Origin: Deinococcota bacterium | GTDB lineage: Bacteria; Deinococcota; Deinococci; Deinococcales; Thermaceae | Length of the DNA: 63,278 bases | Reading direction: 5' to 3' | Assembly: GCA_041695225.1 (NCBI GenBank) | Contig: JBGFRI010000018.1 | Location: forward strand, 1 to 63,278 | Shown here: positions 60,984 to 63,278 of the stretch, piece after piece | Layout: the number at the start of each line of letters is the position of its first letter | How positions within the stretch are numbered: position 1 is the first letter of the stretch | Made by a program: the position numbers and the translations under genes | The notes under the pieces: model-generated | Seen by the model: only the letters and a program-made list of their open reading frames with translations | Database searches by the model: none | Told to the model about the DNA's origin: nothing

Positions 60984-61450
60984 GTCATGCCGAGGATGCC
61001 CCAGGGCCGACGCAGCAATAGACTGAGCCGCGGAGTGGCCGAGGATTCGGATGATTAATCCATAGACTGGGTGAAGGAGTGGCCGAGGCTTGCCCTGAGC
61101 CGTGCCCTGAGCCCGACGAAGGGGCAGTCGAAGGGATGGGGGTGATTCCATCCAGGAGGGCCTAAACGAAACTTTGCCGACGGGGTGATCTGGATTGCTT
61201 CGCGCTCTCCGAGCGCTCGCAATGACGAGGGGTTGCGGTGGTCTCCTTGCAGTGACGGAGACGGAGGGGTCAAATGGCCTCCTGGCATACAAAACGGACT
61301 TCGTCATTGCGAGAAGGCCCTTGGGCCGACGAAGCAATCCAGGAGGGCCTAAACGCAATTTTGCTGACGGGGTGATCTGGATTGCTTCGCACCCGGAGCC
61401 TGACCCGAGCCTGTCGAAGGGGTGCTCACCACGACAAGAAAATCTGTTCC
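60984..61450. repeat. Cluster of REP/MITE-like palindromic repeats
   Basis: Internal duplication ATCCAGGAGGGCCTAAACG..A.TTTGC.GACGGGGTGATCTGGATTGCTTCGC; GTCATTGCGAG/CTCGCAATGAC arms; shared with 24961-25140 and 47262-47378. Confidence 0.75.
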
Positions 61451-61581
61451 CGCGGTCATTATGAAGCCAATCGCAGCGGAAAAGGCTAGTTGAGCCGACC
61501 GATGGGCCAGTTTCATCCCTTTACGCGGATTTTGTCTTGCAGTCTTTCGACCCGAGACTTGTGACTTGCGACATCTTTGTA

Positions 61582-63278
61582 ACTTCAATCCCCTTGCGGG
61601 GATTTTTGTTTGCGACTTTCCGTTAGGCCGTGCCGCATCGGGCATGGGAGGGGCGGTTTCAATCCCCTTGCGGGGATTTTTGTTTGCGACCTGTTTCCGG
61701 GGCAGCACCACAAGAGACCCTCCTGGGTTTCAATCCCCTTGCGGGGATTTTTGTTTGCGACTCTCGACGGTAAGGCGCGGAGCGCCGTTTACGACGATTG
61801 CCGGTTTCAATCCCCTTGCGGGGATTTTTGTTTGCGACCTTGCCAGCGAGAACGGTCAAAAGAGTGAGCAGAGACTAGTTTCAATCCCCTTGCGGGGATT
61901 TTTGTTTGCGACAAGAAAATAGAAGAAATAGTAAAATGGTTTGAAGCAGGTTTCAATCCCCTTGCGGGGATTTTTGTTTGCGACATGTCTATTTTATAGA
62001 CATATAGATGTTGCTCCCACAAGTTTCAATCCCCTTGCGGGGATTTTTGTTTGCGACCGGGTAGAAAGAGCTCGGCAGTGGGTGGCCGAGTTCCTGAGTT
62101 TCAATCCCCTTGCGGGGATTTTTGTTTGCGACCCAGGGCCAGAGATGGGCCGGATGCTCCGGGCAGCTTTGTTTCAATCCCCTTGCGGGGATTTTTGTTT
62201 GCGACCAGCGGCAACCCGGGCCGGCTGGAGTATCGCGGAGTCTTGTTTCAATCCCCTTGCGGGGATTTTTGTTTGCGACTGGTAACAATGGCAAACACTC
62301 AAGCAAGAGGCAACAGCGGGTTTCAATCCCCTTGCGGGGATTTTTGTTTGCGACCTAAAATTTTGGTTTTCTGGATTTGTCAAACCACTAGTAAAGGGTT
62401 TCAATCCCCTTGCGGGGATTTTTGTTTGCGACGCGATCCGAATTTCGCTAGGGCAGGACCCTAGCAACCAGGTTTCAATCCCCTTGCGGGGATTTTTGTT
62501 TGCGACGTGAAAATGTTCGACATTCCAAAGTCCCCCCTCACCCACAGTTTCAATCCCCTTGCGGGGATTTTTGTTTGCGACACAACATTCGCTAAGATTG
62601 AGCCATTATCGTAAATGGTCAGTTTCAATCCCCTTGCGGGGATTTTTGTTTGCGACTTGAAGGAGATAGACAAGCCCTTCTTTGATCAGGAATCCCTCTG
62701 TTTCAATCCCCTTGCGGGGATTTTTGTTTGCGACTGAGCCATTAACCTGGCTGGACGGAAATACCAACCACCTCGTTTCAATCCCCTTGCGGGGATTTTT
62801 GTTTGCGACCTTTGCTGTTGTAGATTTGGCGCAGGCCCTCCAGCGCCTGTTTCAATCCCCTTGCGGGGATTTTTGTTTGCGACGTAAAGACTGAAGGGCA
62901 GCCACGAAGAAGGTCGAGATTACAGCGTTTCAATCCCCTTGCGGGGATTTTTGTTTGCGACATGTAGGCTGCCTCGCCCACGGGGTGGGCCTCGAAACGC
63001 ACCCGTTTCAATCCCCTTGCGGGGATTTTTGTTTGCGACGTATTACAGCGGCTTCAAGATTGTAACGACAGTACATGGTACAGTTTCAATCCCCTTGCGG
63101 GGATTTTTGTTTGCGACCCAGGAAGGTAACCATCCTGACTTACAACCAGGAGGCTCAGTTTCAATCCCCTTGCGGGGATTTTTGTTTGCGACCTGTTTCC
63201 GGGGCAGCACCACAAGAGACCCTCCTGGGTTTCAATCCCCTTGCGGGGATTTTTGTTTGCGACTCTCGACGGTAAGGC
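61582..63278 (-). CRISPR. CRISPR array, 23 repeats in window (35 bp, GTCGCAAACAAAAATCCCCGCAAGGGGATTGAAAC on the minus strand), type III-like, continuing beyond the right edge
   Basis: Identical repeats from 61656 to 63263, a variant at 61582 and a degenerate terminal copy at 61510-61543; spacers about 36-43 nt. The ATTGAAAC 3' end and degenerate left end set the orientation. Confidence 0.99.

Noticed and set aside
61349..63275. ORFs within the CRISPR array
   Set aside because: Translations of repeats and spacers.
59461..63278. A complete cas operon or firm subtype assignment
   Set aside because: No cas1, cas2, cas6 or cas10 in the window; type III is inferred only from the CARF-HEPN gene and repeat style.

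Overview
High-GC chromosomal segment from a Thermaceae bacterium, most likely Meiothermus or a close relative. The assignment rests on the LysW-type lysine operon with a Lys-Lys leader attenuator, dnaX with an A9 slippage run, and leaderless TANNNT promoters. From left to right: the 5' end of an IS3-family element and an SDR-like gene beyond two tRNA-Ser genes; an MFS gene and dnaX; sufC-sufB-[antitoxin, truncated RelE, DUF5674-like, hypothetical]-sufD-Rieske; ppsR/ppsA; gpsA and pyrE; a DNA-repair-type radical SAM gene with an RDRM-like operator; a P-loop/enolase-superfamily pair; a degenerate GAF-GGDEF-EAL gene; an orphan adenine methylase; rlmN and bshA; the hcs-lysTUVWX-YZ operon; rapZ-yvcK; a cobalamin-riboswitch btuFCD-cobC-cobU-[phd-vapC]-cobT-cobS salvage operon; a CARF-HEPN (Csm6-like) gene; and the trailer end of a type III-like CRISPR array (23 repeats, running off the window). 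Best leads: degenerate CRISPR-repeat mini-units in the 5' region of the CARF-HEPN gene; toxin-antitoxin modules and remnants wedged into housekeeping operons, including an uncharacterised DUF5674 two-gene module; the RDRM-like box; and several dispersed repeat families (a ~41-bp TA/CTAG-flanked element, 44-45-bp tandem units, heptamer hairpin arrays). All protein calls come from motif recognition by eye, with no database searches.
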